From Chiloscyllium plagiosum (lineage: Eukaryota): 64,000 nt of DNA. Location: NCBI RefSeq assembly GCF_004010195.1, contig NC_057718.1, positions 3,176,249-3,240,248 of the forward strand, in the 5' to 3' direction. The notes beneath the pieces were generated by a model. That model worked only from the letters and a program-made list of their open reading frames with translations, did not search any database and was not told the DNA's origin. Below are positions 12,660 to 26,063 of this stretch, piece after piece; within the stretch, counting starts at the first letter, position 1; every line of letters starts with the position of its first letter. The translations under genes and the position numbers were made by a program.

Positions 12660-15551
12660 CAAGATTTGTTGTCCTTGGATTTTTTTTCAGGGACGTTGCA
12701 AAGTCTAGGCTTGGATGGGTTTTAGGGCCAGTTTCATTATCGCTAACAGTTACAGCCTCAAGCCAAAGGCTTTTACATTTTAAAACATAAACACTAGTAC
12801 AATGAAAGGGGAGTGGCCAGTTCTCCCAGCTCAGCTTTCTCTGGTTTGGTTTGGTTTTGGCAGTCTGGCTATTCACTGAAAGCAGTCAGGCAGTTGTAAA
12901 ACCAGCTGGACCCAAAGAAGCAGCTCCATGCTGATCCTGTCTCTGACGTCTCTCCTGTAAGACCCTGCATTTGGTTTTACCTTCTGTGCCTAGAGGTCTT
13001 TATGGGGATTGTTGCAAATATTTGGAACAGCATCATTACGTTGGGATAATCCGTTGGGTGTTCAGTTAGGATAAGTTATTCTATATTCTGTATTCTGTTC
13101 TTTTTTGTGTTTCATTTGATAATCTTGCAAATAAATTCTGTTTTGTTTAAAACTACGTGGTTCCACCAACTGCATTCCTCCTGGAATATCCATGTTCTAC
13201 CTGCTTAAAACAACGAGCAAGGTTAGAGTCTGAGCCACTTTCTTGGAATGTTTTGAGGGGGTCTGGCCTGGTCCATAGAAGGCTGGGAGCTTTTTGCAGG
13301 ATTTGTTCTATCGTTCCGATTTGGGATTAGGGTTGTTGGATTCGAAGGCAGCGAGTGGTAGGTGTTAGTGTCTTTTGTTCCAGGTGTTGAATTCAGTTGA
13401 TTTAAACCGTGCTTGGGATAGCAATGGCTCTTTCAGTCACTAAGAGTTTTCTAGGTTTGGAAGAAGTGATGTTGAGGGTTTTAAAAAATGTGGCTAAGGC
13501 CAAGCTGCTGGAATTAGCAGACAAGCTGGGGTTGGAGCTGCCTCCTTCCGTGAGGAAAGGAGAGATAATTACAGCAATAGTCCACCATTTACATTTGCTG
13601 GAAATGCCATCAGAATTTTAGGGATGGCTAAAATTTAATTGAAAATGAAACACTTTGATTAAAAGCAGAGGAAATGAAAAAAAGAACGAATCACTTTCCT
13701 GAACAAAAAGAAAAAGGGAGTGAAAGAGAGAGAAGAGACAGAGAAAAGGAGCGAGAAAGAGAGAGAAGAAGAGCAAGAAAGAGCAAGAGAAAAAGAGACA
13801 GAAAAGGAAAGAGAGGAAAGGAAAGGAAGAAAGAGAGGGAGTTTCAATTTAATTGGCACTTAGACGGGCAAGTCAGCTTTAACGGATGGAGCTGAAGGCT
13901 GAGGGTAAGCTGAGTGAGGATGAGCAAACCCATGGTAGCTAAAGGCCTGGTGAGAAATGTTTAAATATATTCAAGCTTTGTCTAAATTTGATGAGAAGGA
14001 TGTGGAAGCCTTTTTTCATCTCATTTGAAAAAATGGCTAAACAAATGCGATGGCCAGTGACCATGTGGGTTTTGTTGATCCAAACAAAACTTGTAGTTAG
14101 AGCTAGTCAGGTATTTGCATCACCATCAGAGGAGCTATCTGGGGCATAAGAGGAGGTGAAGAAAGCCATCTTAGGTGCAGATGAGCTTGCGCCAGAAGCC
14201 TACAGGCAACGTCTCAGGAATGTAAGGAGGGAACATGCAAACAAAGTAATTTTGAGAGGTGGATAAGGGCATTAAAAACAGAGCAAAAGTATGACTCTCT
14301 TAGAGAGACAGGTATTTTGGAGGAGGTTAAAAATTCACTTCCTGATGTTGTGAGAACTCATGTAGAAGAATGGAGAGTTAAAACGACAAGATTAGCAGCT
14401 GAAACGGTTGATGATTATGAGTTGGTTCGTAAATCAAAGTTTTGCTTCCAAAATTCAATTTTAATCCATGGGGGATAGAGATTGGGGAAAAGAGCAATCC
14501 TAGCTTGGAAAGGGAAAAGTAGATCTTGGTGATGATCATAAGGGTAACTTGCCACAGGTTAAAAAGGAAATCCTTGCACAGGAAAGAGAAGTTAAAACGC
14601 TTCAGTGTTTTCACTGCAATAAAATAGGCCACATGAAATCACAGTGTTGGTGAGTTAGGGAAAACACTGGTGAGCCAGATATAGGAAAACAGGATAAGCC
14701 AGTGACTTTTGTTGGAGTGGTAATGGAAAACACAATGGAGACTAGAAAGCTACATCAGAATGTACAAGCTGTCGGAGGTTGGTTAAGGAGGAAGTGCCAG
14801 ATCTTCTTAAACTATATACCTGTGAAGGTAAAGTTTACCTGCATAGGCCAGGAGCAGCAGGTAAAGAGGTTACAATATTAAGAGACACAGGGTTGTCTCA
14901 ATCTGTGGTGCTGAAAAATGAGGAGATGTGTACTTCTGACGGACTATTGCCAGAAAAGGTGCTAGAACCAGGAATTCAAGGGGAGACAAGAAGTGTTGAA
15001 TTATGCAAAGTGAGCTTCGAGTGCCCAGTGAAGATACAGAAATCATGGAATGAATACTGGACAAACTCTTAGCTCTAGGAATGCAATTTATCCTTGCTAA
15101 TGATACAGCTGGGTCACAGGTAGGAGTGCTACCTACGGTGATTGGACAGACAGTGGAATATACATACCCTGGGATTTTTCCTGACTATGTGGAAATGAGG
15201 TCACAAAGTCACCAGTTGAAACAGGGAGAGCAAAGAGTACTAATAAGAAAGTTGAAATGCAATGAGTCGAGACCCTGTTTGGTCGGATGGTTGACACAAA
15301 CCAAGAACAGATAGATGATAATGCAGACATCTTTAGCTCAGGTAAATTAACTGAGTTACTGCAGAAAGAGGAAAATTTACAGCAATTGTATCAAAAGGCA
15401 TAAACAGAAAAAGAATCCAAATGTATCCCTAAATGTTATTAACTTAAAAACAATATCTTAATGAGGATATGGAGACCATCACAAGTCCAGGAGAAATGGG
15501 CAGAAGTTCATCAAGTCATTTTGCCAATGGCTTATCTGACCTGGTCCATAA
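12660..15551 (+). mobile_element. Gypsy (Gmr1-like) element: LTR, gag, protease, internally deleted; nested in an older solo-LTR-like sequence (about 12530-12660 and 15552-15663)
   Basis: Zinc knuckle CFHCNKIGHMKSQCW near 14.6 kb, protease VTILRDTG at 14.87 kb, LTR end CTGG(A)CCTGGTCCATA at both 13263 and 15536. Confidence 0.8.
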
Positions 15552-16060
15552 TAAGCAGAACCTCAGACATTCCTGTTCTTATCTGTCAGTCAGGGTTAAC
15601 AGTCCCAATCAGGGAACTCATGTTCTATGGCACCTACCTGGCTGACCACATTACAGTCATTACAAAGAAACAATGATATATTCCAAGGCAGGATAATGAG
15701 TGATTTGAAAGGAAACATGCAGTGGGTAGTGTTCCTTTATATCTGTTGCCCTTGTCCTTCTTGATGGAAGTGAACATGAGTTTTGAAACTGCTGCAGAAA
15801 ATGGTGGTGTGTCCAAAATACTGATCAGATTCTGGCAAGAATTGAGAAATATTATTTAACACACTGTTTATTTAATTATTTATGTTTATGGAGTTTTTTT
15901 TATCTGAATCAGTCACAGATGCATCACAATCGTTCAGTGTAACAACGTGTTCTCTATGTTTAACTGAAGGCTCCTACTATCCTGTCAGGTTGTTTCATTA
16001 CGGCAGTATGGAGAATCTGCTCTTGTGGGAATAAACTGACTGTCATAATATTCTTTAAAG

Positions 16061-16405
16061 GTATCACTGGTCCAATCCTTCTCCAGTCTCCGAGCCTGGA
16101 ACATGTCACTGAGGGTCACAATGCTCGGTTACAGTGCACCGTGAGGAACACCGCAGTGACACACTCCGATGTTTACTGGTACGGACTGTCCCCAGAGCAA
16201 ATTATGGAGCTGGTTTTAACACATCCAGGAAGTGGGCCCACACAATAGAGCCCAGGATTCACTGAACGATTCCAGCCTTTCAGAGACTCCTCCAGTAACC
16301 GCTTCCTTCTGACCATCACAAACGTGCAGCCCAGTGACACTGGAGTATATTACTACTCAGTGCGGGGTCGTTTCTATGGGAGGGGAAGCCAGCTCAATGT
16401 CACCA
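16061..16405 (+). pseudogene. VJ exon 2 (inactivated)
   Basis: 345 bp with AG/GTAAGT borders. GITGPILLQSPSLEHVTEGHNARLQC...TQ*SPGFTERFQ...DTGVYYYSVRGRFYGRGSQLNVT; TAG at 16246-16248 and second Cys changed to Tyr. Confidence 0.92.
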
Positions 16406-16679
16406 GTAAGTAGAGTTTACATGACAATCTCCTCCTGCAATAACCTCGTGCCCAATGAATGAATTGGAGATCAGTTTACAATCAAGAAGATTGAGGAGCT
16501 CTTGAAGAGTGATCTCGGGGATGGATTCTCTGTGGGGAGGATGCTGAGCTCAGGTTCAGCAATTTATTTAATTGTTTTGTGAGACGTAGTTGTCACTGGC
16601 TGGGCCAGCCTTTATTGCCCATCCTTAATTGCCCTTGAGAAGGTGGTGCTGACCTGCCTTCTTGAACCACTGCAGTGAC

Positions 16680-17100
16680 CCATTGGTTGTCATTCCTGGG
16701 TTTAGGTCGGGCTCCTCCACAATCTACTAAGACCCTGCTAAACGGTTCTTCAAAAGCCCTGATCGGGATTAAAGGTGAAGCTTTAATTGACGGTTGGGAA
16801 TTCCCCAAGTCCTGACATGGACTAGCTCGTATCTTAAAATGTAACATCTTTATATAATCCTGACAAATAAAAATGTTTTAATACTTTAGAGTGCGGTCTC
16901 CTCATCCGTAAATGACCTGCCATTGGAATTTCACGAGCTAGTTTGTAAAATTTCGTTCTGGTCCTCAGATGGAGTGCCCACCTGATGGACAATTATCCAT
17001 TGCTCATCACTTGGGATTTGGGATGGTCTCAATTTCCTCATTAATACTTTGTCTTTCAAACAATAACACTCAGAGACTATTTCTAATTCCATTTCTGAGG
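16680..17100 (-). mobile_element. Gypsy integrase fragment
   Basis: GHLR...H and PLIPIRAFEEPFSRVLVDCGG motifs of the integrase zinc finger and core. Confidence 0.7.
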
Positions 17101-17460
17101 ATAAAAAAAACAGAAATTGCTGGAAAATCTCAGCAAATCTGACAGCATCTGTGGGGAGAAATCAGAATTAATGTCGTGGGTCCAGTGACCCTTGTATAGA
17201 ATGAATGACAATGAGGAAAATGATGGGTTCTGTACAGAAGAAGAAAGGGTGGGAGGAGAGTGAGGGTAAATGATAGATGGAGATAGAGTCCAGTGTGAGA
17301 GAAAAACTGTTGAACAGACAAAGGAGTGTGTTATGGTCAGTCTGGGGGAATGAGCAGCTGCTGATGGGAACAGTTACTGGCTGACAATGGGTTGTGTGTA
17401 GTAGCTGCCTGAGTAATGACAAGGCCTGGTGTATGGGGAGGGAGAAAGCATCCTGGACGA
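17100..17460 (-). mobile_element. Degraded Penelope-like terminal repeat
   Basis: AAAAACAGAAATTGCTGGAAAA...CAGCATCTGTGG resembles the terminal module of the other Penelope-derived copies, followed by a purine-rich tract. Confidence 0.45.
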
Positions 17461-17469
17461 GCTCCCCAT

Positions 17470-19830
17470 CTGATACTTACATCTGTCCTTATACTGCAGT
17501 AACAAACCTTTCAACTGTGTTCTTTGCTCATGAGACAGCTAGTTTACTCACTTATCCCACTCCTCAAGGTTACACCATCTGGATTTGATTCTTCACTCTG
17601 CGGGGCAGTAACTAACACCTGTTTCTCCAGTTCTTTCTCTCTAGTATAATACGGTTTCAACATGTTCACATGACATACCCAATACCTTTTTTTTTTCTAT
17701 TTGGCACCTTTATTAGTTCACCTGACTCAACTTTTTCTCAATTTGATAGGAACTACTAAACCTGGTTTTGAAGGGATCCCCTAGTACTAGTAACGGTACT
17801 GACATATTATCCCCTCGGGAAAACATCCAAATCTCAGAGTTTTTATCTGCTACCTTTTTCATTCTACACTGAGCTCTCTTTAGGTGCCGTTTAGCCAACT
17901 CGCCGACCCAATTTAGACTCTCCCTCACCTCAGAATCTACGATAAAATACGTAATCTCAGTGTGAGATCTCTGACTTTGGTCCTGTCAATTTTTCTTTAA
18001 TTAATTTCAAAGGGCTTCTCACTTCATGCTTGAATATTGACTCAAAGGGAGTGAACTGAGTAGACTCATTTGGGGCATCTTTAATGGTAAACAATATGAA
18101 TGGGATACCTTTATCCCAAACATTTGTGTAATCCTGACTCTATGCTGTCAACAAGGTCTGATGCCACCTTTCTAAAGCTCCCTGGGACTCAGGATGATAC
18201 ATACTTGATTTAAAGTGCAGTATGCCCAAGTATACCTCTTTAAACAGCCTAGCAATAAAATTTGACCCTTGGTCTGACCGAATCTCTCTGGGTAGCCCAT
18301 ACTGTGTGAAGAAAGCTATTAACTCCTCCTTTTGCCTTGATACTCTGTAATGGTTAGATTCCCTACAGTATGGAAACAGGCCCTTCAGCCCAACAAGTCC
18401 ACCCCAACCCTTTGAAGAATAACCCACTCAGACCCATTCCCTACCCTATATTTATCCCTGACTAATGTATCTAACACTATGAGGAATTGTGCACCACCAA
18501 TTCACCTGACCTGCACATCTTTGGATTGTGGAAGGAAACCGGAACATGCGGAGGAAACCCATGCAGACATGGGGAGAATGTGCAAACTGCACACAGACAG
18601 TCGCCCAAGGCTGGAATCGAACCTGGGTCCCTGGAGCGGTGAGGCTACCGTGTTGCCCCAATAATGGAATTGCCTCTGGAAATCTGGTAGACACATCCAT
18701 TACGGTTAACTATTACTGGTTCTCACTTTTAGTAGTAGGGGACTGACACAATCAATTACAACCTGCGCGAAAGTTTCTTCAAATGCGGGAATTGGCAACA
18801 AAGGGGCTGGTTTTATTACTGCCTGTGGCTTACCTACCATTTGCCACATATGACACGTCGGCAAAAGTTAACCACATCCTTGTGCATTCCAGGCCAATAA
18901 AAATGCGTTTGTACCTTAGCCCAAGTCTTTCATACCCCTTGATGACCTCCAACAGGTAGTTCATGTGCTACCCGTAACACTTCCTGTCTGTACGCGACCA
19001 GCAACACAATCTGGTGCACTTCAGCCCATTTCTCCTCTGCACTAACTTACCCTGGTCTCTATTTCCATCCTAGGATTCTATCTTTCAGATTATAACCCTC
19101 TGGAATATTCTCTGCCTCCTTTTTGGAGTACACATCTACATACATAACTTTTAACATCTTGTCATGTTAATGTAAGTCCATTAGCCTTTCAGGACTAAAC
19201 ACTTATGTCTGACTCTGCCTGTTCAGGTCTTTTCTGCACTATTACATCAAACAGGATGCCCGCTAACTGAACCTCAACTCCTTCATCTTTATCTTTAGTT
19301 TTTGCTCCATGCTGTGAGTTATGATAGTGGGATCTGGTTACCATACAGTCTGGGAAAATACCAGGCTATTTCTTGCTTAAATCTTCAGTTTCTTGGTCCT
19401 CCTTGGGCTTCTCCACAACAAGAGTTGTCACTCCCATCTTGGATCCTGCCAAATAATTCCCAAGAACAAACTGATTTCCTGGAACTGACACTCTGTCAAT
19501 CACTTCCACTGTAACATCTCCCAGTCTTGGGTTGGCACTCTAACCTGATCTTACACAAGGGAACACTAAATTTCTGTCCATCTATCCTACAAATTACCGT
19601 ACTCCCGGGTACGAGATCAGAAAGAGTGCAAATTCGCTCATCTTTCACGATCAGCAACTGGTTTGATCCTGTATGTCTCAAAATTATGACTTCTTGTCCT
19701 CTCCCTGTTCTTTTTGAGTAAACTTTACCCACAGAGGTGAATTCTTTGTTGAGAGCAACCTCTGCCTAGGCTGTGCACTCTCCTGCAGCTCCTCAGCTCT
19801 TCTTGTGGTCTCCATTACTACCTTCACAAA
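17470..19830 (-). mobile_element. Gmr1-like Gypsy pol fragment (protease directly followed by integrase)
   Basis: ILRHTG protease near 19.68 kb, GGHQG...FYWPGM zinc finger near 18.9 kb, MDVSTRFPEAIPL, GLPREIRSDQGSNF, YHPESQGALERWHQTL. Confidence 0.85.
18353..18658 (-). mobile_element. HE1-type V-SINE inserted in integrase
   Basis: B box GGTTCGATTCC and conserved V-SINE core. Confidence 0.85.
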
Positions 19831-19834
19831 AGCA

Positions 19835-20030
19835 GAAATTGATGATTGCAAATGCTGGAGGTTAGAGTCAAGAATTTGGTGCTGGAAAAGCTCAGGAAGT
19901 CAGACAGCATCTGAGGAGCTGGTGAATCAACATTTTGGATATTAGCTCTTCATTAGGGTTTAAGTCCAAAGCGTCAATTCTCCTGCTCCCCGGATGCTGC
20001 CTGACCTGCTGTGTCTTTCCAGCACTACAT
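19835..20030. mobile_element. Degraded Penelope-derived inverted-repeat element
   Basis: GTGCTGGAAAAG...CAGCATC arm and its reverse complement GATGCTGCCTGACCTG...TTTCCAGCAC. Confidence 0.6.
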
Positions 20031-21962
20031 TTGCGTTTGGGTGGGGGGGGGGGGGGGTGGGGGAGCAGATAGCGAAAGAGGTGGAGCCTACAGGGAAGGT
20101 AAGTGTTTCTATAAAGATCCTACCTTTGCGTCCCAGCGGCCTTATCAAGTTTGGATGGCGGGAGCAGACAGTCGAAGAAGCTGAGCCTGCTGGGAAGGTA
20201 AGTGATTGTTTTTCAAGTGGGTGAGATCTAAGCCTGAGACCCGACACCATAGGGCTCCCCTCCCACACACCTCCTCTAACTTCAGTATGACTCTGTACAC
20301 TCGGTAAATTTTTTTAGGTTTTCTTTTTTTTCTCTTCCTTGTTTAGTCCTGTGAGGGCTTTCAGATTAGTGGGGCATGGCTGTTACGGCAGTTGCATGTT
20401 CCTCCTGCAGAATGTGAAAATGGTGAGAGATACTACACATGTCTCTGTCAACCACATCTACGGGAAGTGCACCCAACTCCAGCTCCTTGAAAATCGAGTT
20501 AGAGAACAGGAGCTGGAGTTGGATGAACTGCACATCATCCAGGAGGCTGAGGGAGAAATTGAGAGGATGTACAGGGAGGTAGTCACTCCCCAGACACAGG
20601 ATAAGCACAGTCGGGGGAGGAAAGGGAACCAACAAACAGAGTAAGGATCTCCTGTGGCCATTCCCTCAGCAGTAAGTATACTGTTTTGGATGTTGCTGGT
20701 GGGGACGCCCTAACAGGAGAAAGCCATAGTTGTCAGTTCTCTGGCACTGTGCCTGGCAGTGTGGCTCAAAAGGGAAGGAGCAGAATAGAAAAGCGCTAGT
20801 GGTAAGCGAATCAATAGTCAGACGGATTGACAGGAGATTTTGTAGTCAGGAACGGGACTTCCGGAAGGTATGTTGTCTCCCTGGTGCCAGGGTCCGGGAT
20901 GTCGCCGATCGGGTTTACAAGATTCTGAAGGGGAAGGGTGAGCAGCCAGAAATTGTGGTACATATTGGTACCAATGATATAGCCAGGAAAGGGATTGAGG
21001 ATCTGAAAATTGCCTACGGAGAGCTAGGTTGGAAGCTGAAGAGCAGGATAAGTAGAGTAGTGATCTTGGGTTTGCTAGCGGTGCCACGAGACAGTGAGGT
21101 GAGGAACAGGCAGCGAGTGCAGCTTAACACGTGGCTGTGAGGCTGGTGCAGGATGTAGGACTTCAGATACTTAGACCATTGGGATTCATTCTGGGGAAGG
21201 TGGGACCTGTACATGAAGGACAGTTTGCACCTGAACTGGAGGGGCACAATTGTCCTGGGTGGGAGATTTGCTTGAATGGTTCCAGAGTGTTTAAACTAGT
21301 TTGGCAGGTAGGTGGGAACCAGAGCCACATGTCTGAGAGGGGAGTAGTTGTAGATGGGGGAGTGATAGGATGTAGTGAATCTATTGGGAAGGTTTTCCAT
21401 GTGATGGAACAAAAAGATTGGTTAAAGTGTGTCTGCTTTAATGCAAGGAGTGTCAGAAATTAGAGGGATGAACTTAGAGCATGGATCAGAACTTGGGGCG
21501 ATGATTGTGATGATGTTGTGGCCATAATGGAGACATGGGTTTCATAGGGGCAGGAATGGTTGCTAGATTTTCCAGGGTTTAGAACAGGGAGGAAGGAAAA
21601 AGATGAGGGGGTGTAGCATTGTTAATCGGAAAGTGGATCACAGCTACAGAAACAAAAGTTGTCGAAGAAGGTTTGTCTACTGAGTCAGTATGGGTGGAAG
21701 TTAGGAACAGCCACCTCATTGGAGGTTTTCTACAGACCCCCTAATAGCAGTAGGGAAATTGAAGAGCTCATAAGCCAGCAGATTTTGGAAAATGCAGATG
21801 TAGCTGAATTGCTGTCATGGGTGACATCAACTTTCCCAGTTTTGATTGGAACCTCCGTAGTGCAGATGGTTTGGATGGAGCCGATTTTGTCAGGTGTGTT
21901 CAGGAGGGTTTCCTTAATCGGTGTGTAGACCAGCCAATGAGGAGACAGGCCATTTTGGATTT

Positions 21963-22360
21963 GATTAGATTACTTACAGTGTGGAAACAGGCCCTTCAAC
22001 CCAACAAATCCACACCGACCCGCCGAAGCGCAAACCACCCATACCTCTACATTTACCCCTTATTACCTAACACTACGGGTAATTTAGCATGGCCAATTCA
22101 CCTGACCTGCACATCTTTGGACTGTGGGAGGAAACTGGAGCACCTGGAGGAAATCCACACAGACACGGGGAGAATGTGCAAACTCCACACAGTCAGTCGC
22201 CTGAGTTGGGAATTGAACCCGGGTCTCTGGCGCTGTGAGGCAGGCAGAAGGGCCTGTGCCCGAAACGTCGAATCTCCTGTTCCCTGGATGCTGCCTGACC
22301 TGCTGTGCTGTTCCAGCAATAAAGTTTCAGCAGTGCTAACCACTGTGCCACCGTGCCGCT
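21963..22360 (-). mobile_element. HE1-type V-SINE containing a Penelope terminal fragment at about 22245-22330
   Basis: SINE body is interrupted in its tRNA head by GAAGGGCCTGTGCCCGAAACGTCGAATC...TTCCAGCA. Confidence 0.85.
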
Positions 22361-23602
22361 CAGCAATGAGCCAGGACAGGTGTCAGATCTCGCGGTGGGA
22401 GAACACTTTGGTGACAGTGATCACAACTGCCTCACATTTACCATAGCCTTGGAAAGGGAAAGGAGCAGTTACCATGGGAAAATATTTTATTGGAGAAAAG
22501 GAAATTATGATGCTATCAGACAGGAGTTGGGAAGTACAGATTGGGAGCAATTGTTCCACAGAAATGACACAACAGACACATGGAGACTGTTTCAGGAGCA
22601 GTTGTAGCGAGTGATGCACAAATTTGTTCCTCTGAAACAGGCAAGAAGGGTTAATATTAAGGAGCGTTGGATAATGAGAACAGAAGAGCTTCTCATCAAA
22701 AGGAAGAAGGCAGCTTATGTAAGGTTGAGGAAGGAAGGCTCTAGCACAGGTTTAGTGGATTACAGGCTTACTAGCAAGAAGCATAAAAATGTACTGAGGA
22801 GAGCCAGGAGGGGACAAGAGAGAGGCTTGGCAGGAAGGTTTAGGAAGAACCCAAGGTCATTTTGCACATATGTGAGGAATAAGACAATGATCAGGGAGAA
22901 AGTGTCGGGATAGTGTAGGAAACTTGTGCATGGAGTCTGAGCAGATAGAGGAAGCCCGAAATGAGTTTTTTGCTTCGGTTTTCACTAAAGAAAGGGGCTT
23001 TGTTGTGAATGAGAACTTTGAGGAACCAGGAAACAGGCTTGAACACATCAAGATTGAGGAAGTTGACGTGCTGCAAATTTTGGCAAACATTAAGATTGAT
23101 ATGTCCCCAGGGCCAGACCAGATTTATCCTAGGCTGCTCTGGGAAGTGAGAAATGAGTTTACAAAGTCCTGGCGAAGATCTCTGCTTCCTCAATTTCCAC
23201 TGGAGTCGTACCAGAGGATTGGAAGGAGGCGAATGTTGTTCCTCTTTTCAAGAAGGGGAAAAGAGAAATCCCTGGCAATTACAGACCAGTCAGTCTTACA
23301 TCTGTGGTCAGCTAGGTTTTGGAAATAATTCTGAGGGATAGGATTTATGACTATTTGGAAAATCATAGCGTGATTAAAGGCAGTCAGCATGGCTTTGTGA
23401 GGGGCAGGTCATGCTTCACAAATCTTATTGAGTTCTTTGAGGAGGTGATGAAACAGATTGACAAACGTCGAGCAATGGTTGTAGTGCATATGGACTTCAG
23501 CAAGGCATTTGATAGGGTTGGCTCATTCATAAATTCAGGAAGTTTGGGATACAGGGAGATTGCTGTTGATTATAGAATTGGTTGATGGACAGAAGTCAGT
23601 AA

Positions 23603-23965
23603 GTGTAGGGTGTAGGTTTGCTCACTGAGCTGTAGGTTTGATATCCAGATGTTTCATTCCCTGGCTAGGTAACATCATCAGTGGCAACCTCCATGTGAAG
23701 CAAAGCTGTTGTCTACAGCATTCTATTTATATGTTTGTCCTGGATGGGGTTCCTGGAGTTTGTGATGATGTCATTTCCTAGGAACCCCAGGAACCCCCAT
23801 CCAGGACAAACATATAAATAGAAAGCAGGAGACAACAGCTTTGCTTCACTTGGAGGTCACCACTGATGATGTTAACTAGCCAGGTAATGAAATGTCTGGA
23901 TATCAAACCTACAGCTCAGCGAGCAAACCTACACCCTAAACCTCAACCTGAGCTACAAACCTTGC
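23603..23965. mobile_element. Inverted-repeat element of a second Penelope-like family, with a hammerhead core in each arm
   Basis: Arms about 23605-23758 and 23787-23938 are reverse complements. 9-bp target duplication AGTCAGTAA at 23594-23602 and 23966-23974. Confidence 0.75.
23863..23896 (+). ncRNA. Degenerate hammerhead ribozyme core, family 2 (mirror copy at 23648-23681 on -)
   Basis: CTGATGA-T-GTTAACTAGCCAGGTAAT-GAAAT-GTC. Combining the two arms and reversing one CpG-type change gives stem II GTTACCT/AGGTAAC and GAAACGTC, with stem I CCA/TGG. Confidence 0.5.
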
Positions 23966-24369
23966 AGTCAGTAATTGGTTGTAGATGGAAAGGATTCTGC
24001 CTGGAGGTCAGTGGTGAGTGGGGTCCCACAGGGCTCTGTTCTTGAGCCTCTGCTCTTTGTAGTTTTTGTAAATGACTTGGATGAGGAGGTTTAGGGGTGG
24101 GTTTGTTAGCTTGCTGTTGTCACCAAGGTTGGAGGTGCCATTGATAGTATCAAGGACTATTGCAGGCTGCAGCACAACATAGACAGGATGCAGAGCTGGG
24201 CTGAGAAATGGCAGATGGAGTTTAACCTGGATAAGTGTGAAGTGATGCATTTTGGAAGTTTGAACTTGAATGCTGAATATAGGATTAAAGACAGGAATCT
24301 TGGCCATGTGGAGGAACAGTGGGTGTTCAAGTGTATAGATCCCTGAAAGTTGCCACCCAAGTGGATAGG

Positions 24370-24799
24370 AGAAAGTGAGGACTGCATATACTGGAAATTG
24401 GAGTTCAGGGTGCTGTGCTGGAAAAGGTCAGGCAGGTCAGGCAGCATCTGAGGAGCAGGAAAATTGAAATTTCAGGCATAAGCCTTTTATCAGGAATGAG
24501 GCTTATAGGTCGGGGCTGAGACCTCCCCCCACATTATCCCAGTCCCAATCCTTCAACTTGGTACCACCCTCCAGACTCATCCATCACTCCCTCCTCTGAC
24601 CTATCACCTTCTCCCTCACCTTCATCCATCTATCGCTTTCCCAGCTATCTTTCCCCAACCCCACCCCCTCCCATTGATTTCTCAGACCCAAACCACAAGC
24701 CTCATTGCTGATGAAGGGCCTATGCCCAAATTTGTCGATTCTCCTGCTCCTCTGATGCTGCCTGATCTGCTCTGCTTTTCCAGCACCACACTCTTGACT
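24370..24799. mobile_element. Penelope-derived element with inverted 5' terminal repeat
   Basis: 12-bp target duplication CAAGTGGATAGG at 24358-24369 and 24800-24811; decayed hammerhead cores at about 24465-24493 (-) and 24708-24736 (+). Confidence 0.75.
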
Positions 24800-25574
24800 C
24801 AAGTGGATAGGGTTGTTAAAAAAGCATATGGTGTTTTGGCTTTCATTAGAAGGGGGATTGAGTTTAAGAGCCATGAGATTTCACTGCTGCTCTATAAAAC
24901 CCTATTTGGACCACACTTGGAATATTGTGTCCAGTTCTGGTCGCCCTATTATAGGAAAGATGGTGGAGGCTTTGGAGAGGATGCAAAGGAGATTTACCAG
25001 GATGCTGCCTGGACTGGAGGGCTTGTTTTACAAGGAGAGGTTGACTGAGCTCAGACTTTTCTCTCTGAAGAGAAGGACGAAGAGAGGTAACTTGATCGAG
25101 TTATACAAGGTAATGAGAGGCATGGACAGAGTCGATAGCCAGAGACATTTCCCCAGGGCAGGATTGACTGCCACAAGGGGAAGAGAGGTGACCTGATTGT
25201 GGTGCACAAGGTAATGAGAGGCATGGATTGTGTCGATAGCCTGAGACTTTTCCCCAGGGCAGGATTGACTGCCACAAGGAGTCATAGTTTTAAGGTATTA
25301 GGAGAAAGGTATGGAGGAGATGTCAGAGGTAGATTCTTCATGCAGAGAGTTGTGAAAGCTTGGAATATGTTGCCAGTGGTGGTGTTGGAAGCAGAGTCAT
25401 TAGTCATTTAAGCGACTGCTGGACATGCACATGGACATGTAAGTGGGAGATTAGGGCCTTTTTTGCAGACAGAATGCAGGTGTTCTGAGGAGCAGTCACC
25501 CAGACTGTTTCATTTTCCAAATGAAGAGAAGACTACATTGTGAGCAGTGAATACAGTTTGTCTCATCACAGAAT

Positions 25575-25925
25575 ACTCAGAGGCCTGGATAGAATGGAGT
25601 TGGAGAAGATGTTTGTTGGAAAGTGTAGGATCTGGGGCACAGCCTTACAGTGAAGAGACAATCAATTATAGCTGAGATGAAGAGGGATTTATTCAGAGAA
25701 AAGGTGGTAAATCTGTGGAACTCATTGCTGCAGAGAGCTGTAGAGGGCAAGTCATCGAGTATATTTAAGACAGGGATGGGTAGGTTCTTGTGAGCAAATG
25801 GATAAAGGGTTATGGGGGAGACAGCAGGAGAATGGGATTGAAACATATCAGCCATGATCGAATGGCAGAGCAGACCTGATGGGCTGAATGGCCGAATTCT
25901 GCTCCTACATCCTTTGGTCTATAAT
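25575..25925 (+). mobile_element. CR1-type 3' end fragment
   Basis: KVVNLWNSL.Q.AVE...L.IFK motif plus 3' UTR. Confidence 0.65.
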
Positions 25926-26063
25926 GCCATGGTTAGTTTGAATAATTAACTCCACTGGTTCACTCTGATACACTTACCATCTGTCCTTTCTCATTAACTC
26001 TAAATTGGAGTTCTTCAGAAAGTTCAGATGAGTTTTAATTTATTCATATGTTTTCTCTGAAAG

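Larger units (their letters stand above)
20040..25440 (+). mobile_element. Near full-length decayed CR1 LINE with several nested insertions and an internal tandem duplication of about 100 bp (25080-25279)
   Basis: ORF1 GKCTQLQLL and VVHIGTND; ORF2 GDINFP, GDSDH, QHGFVRGRSC, MDFSKAFD, RRFTRMLPGL; same family as 3560-8085. Confidence 0.92.

Noticed and set aside
13674-13895. Highly charged R/E/K ORF
   Set aside because: Low-complexity coiled-coil region of the Gypsy gag.
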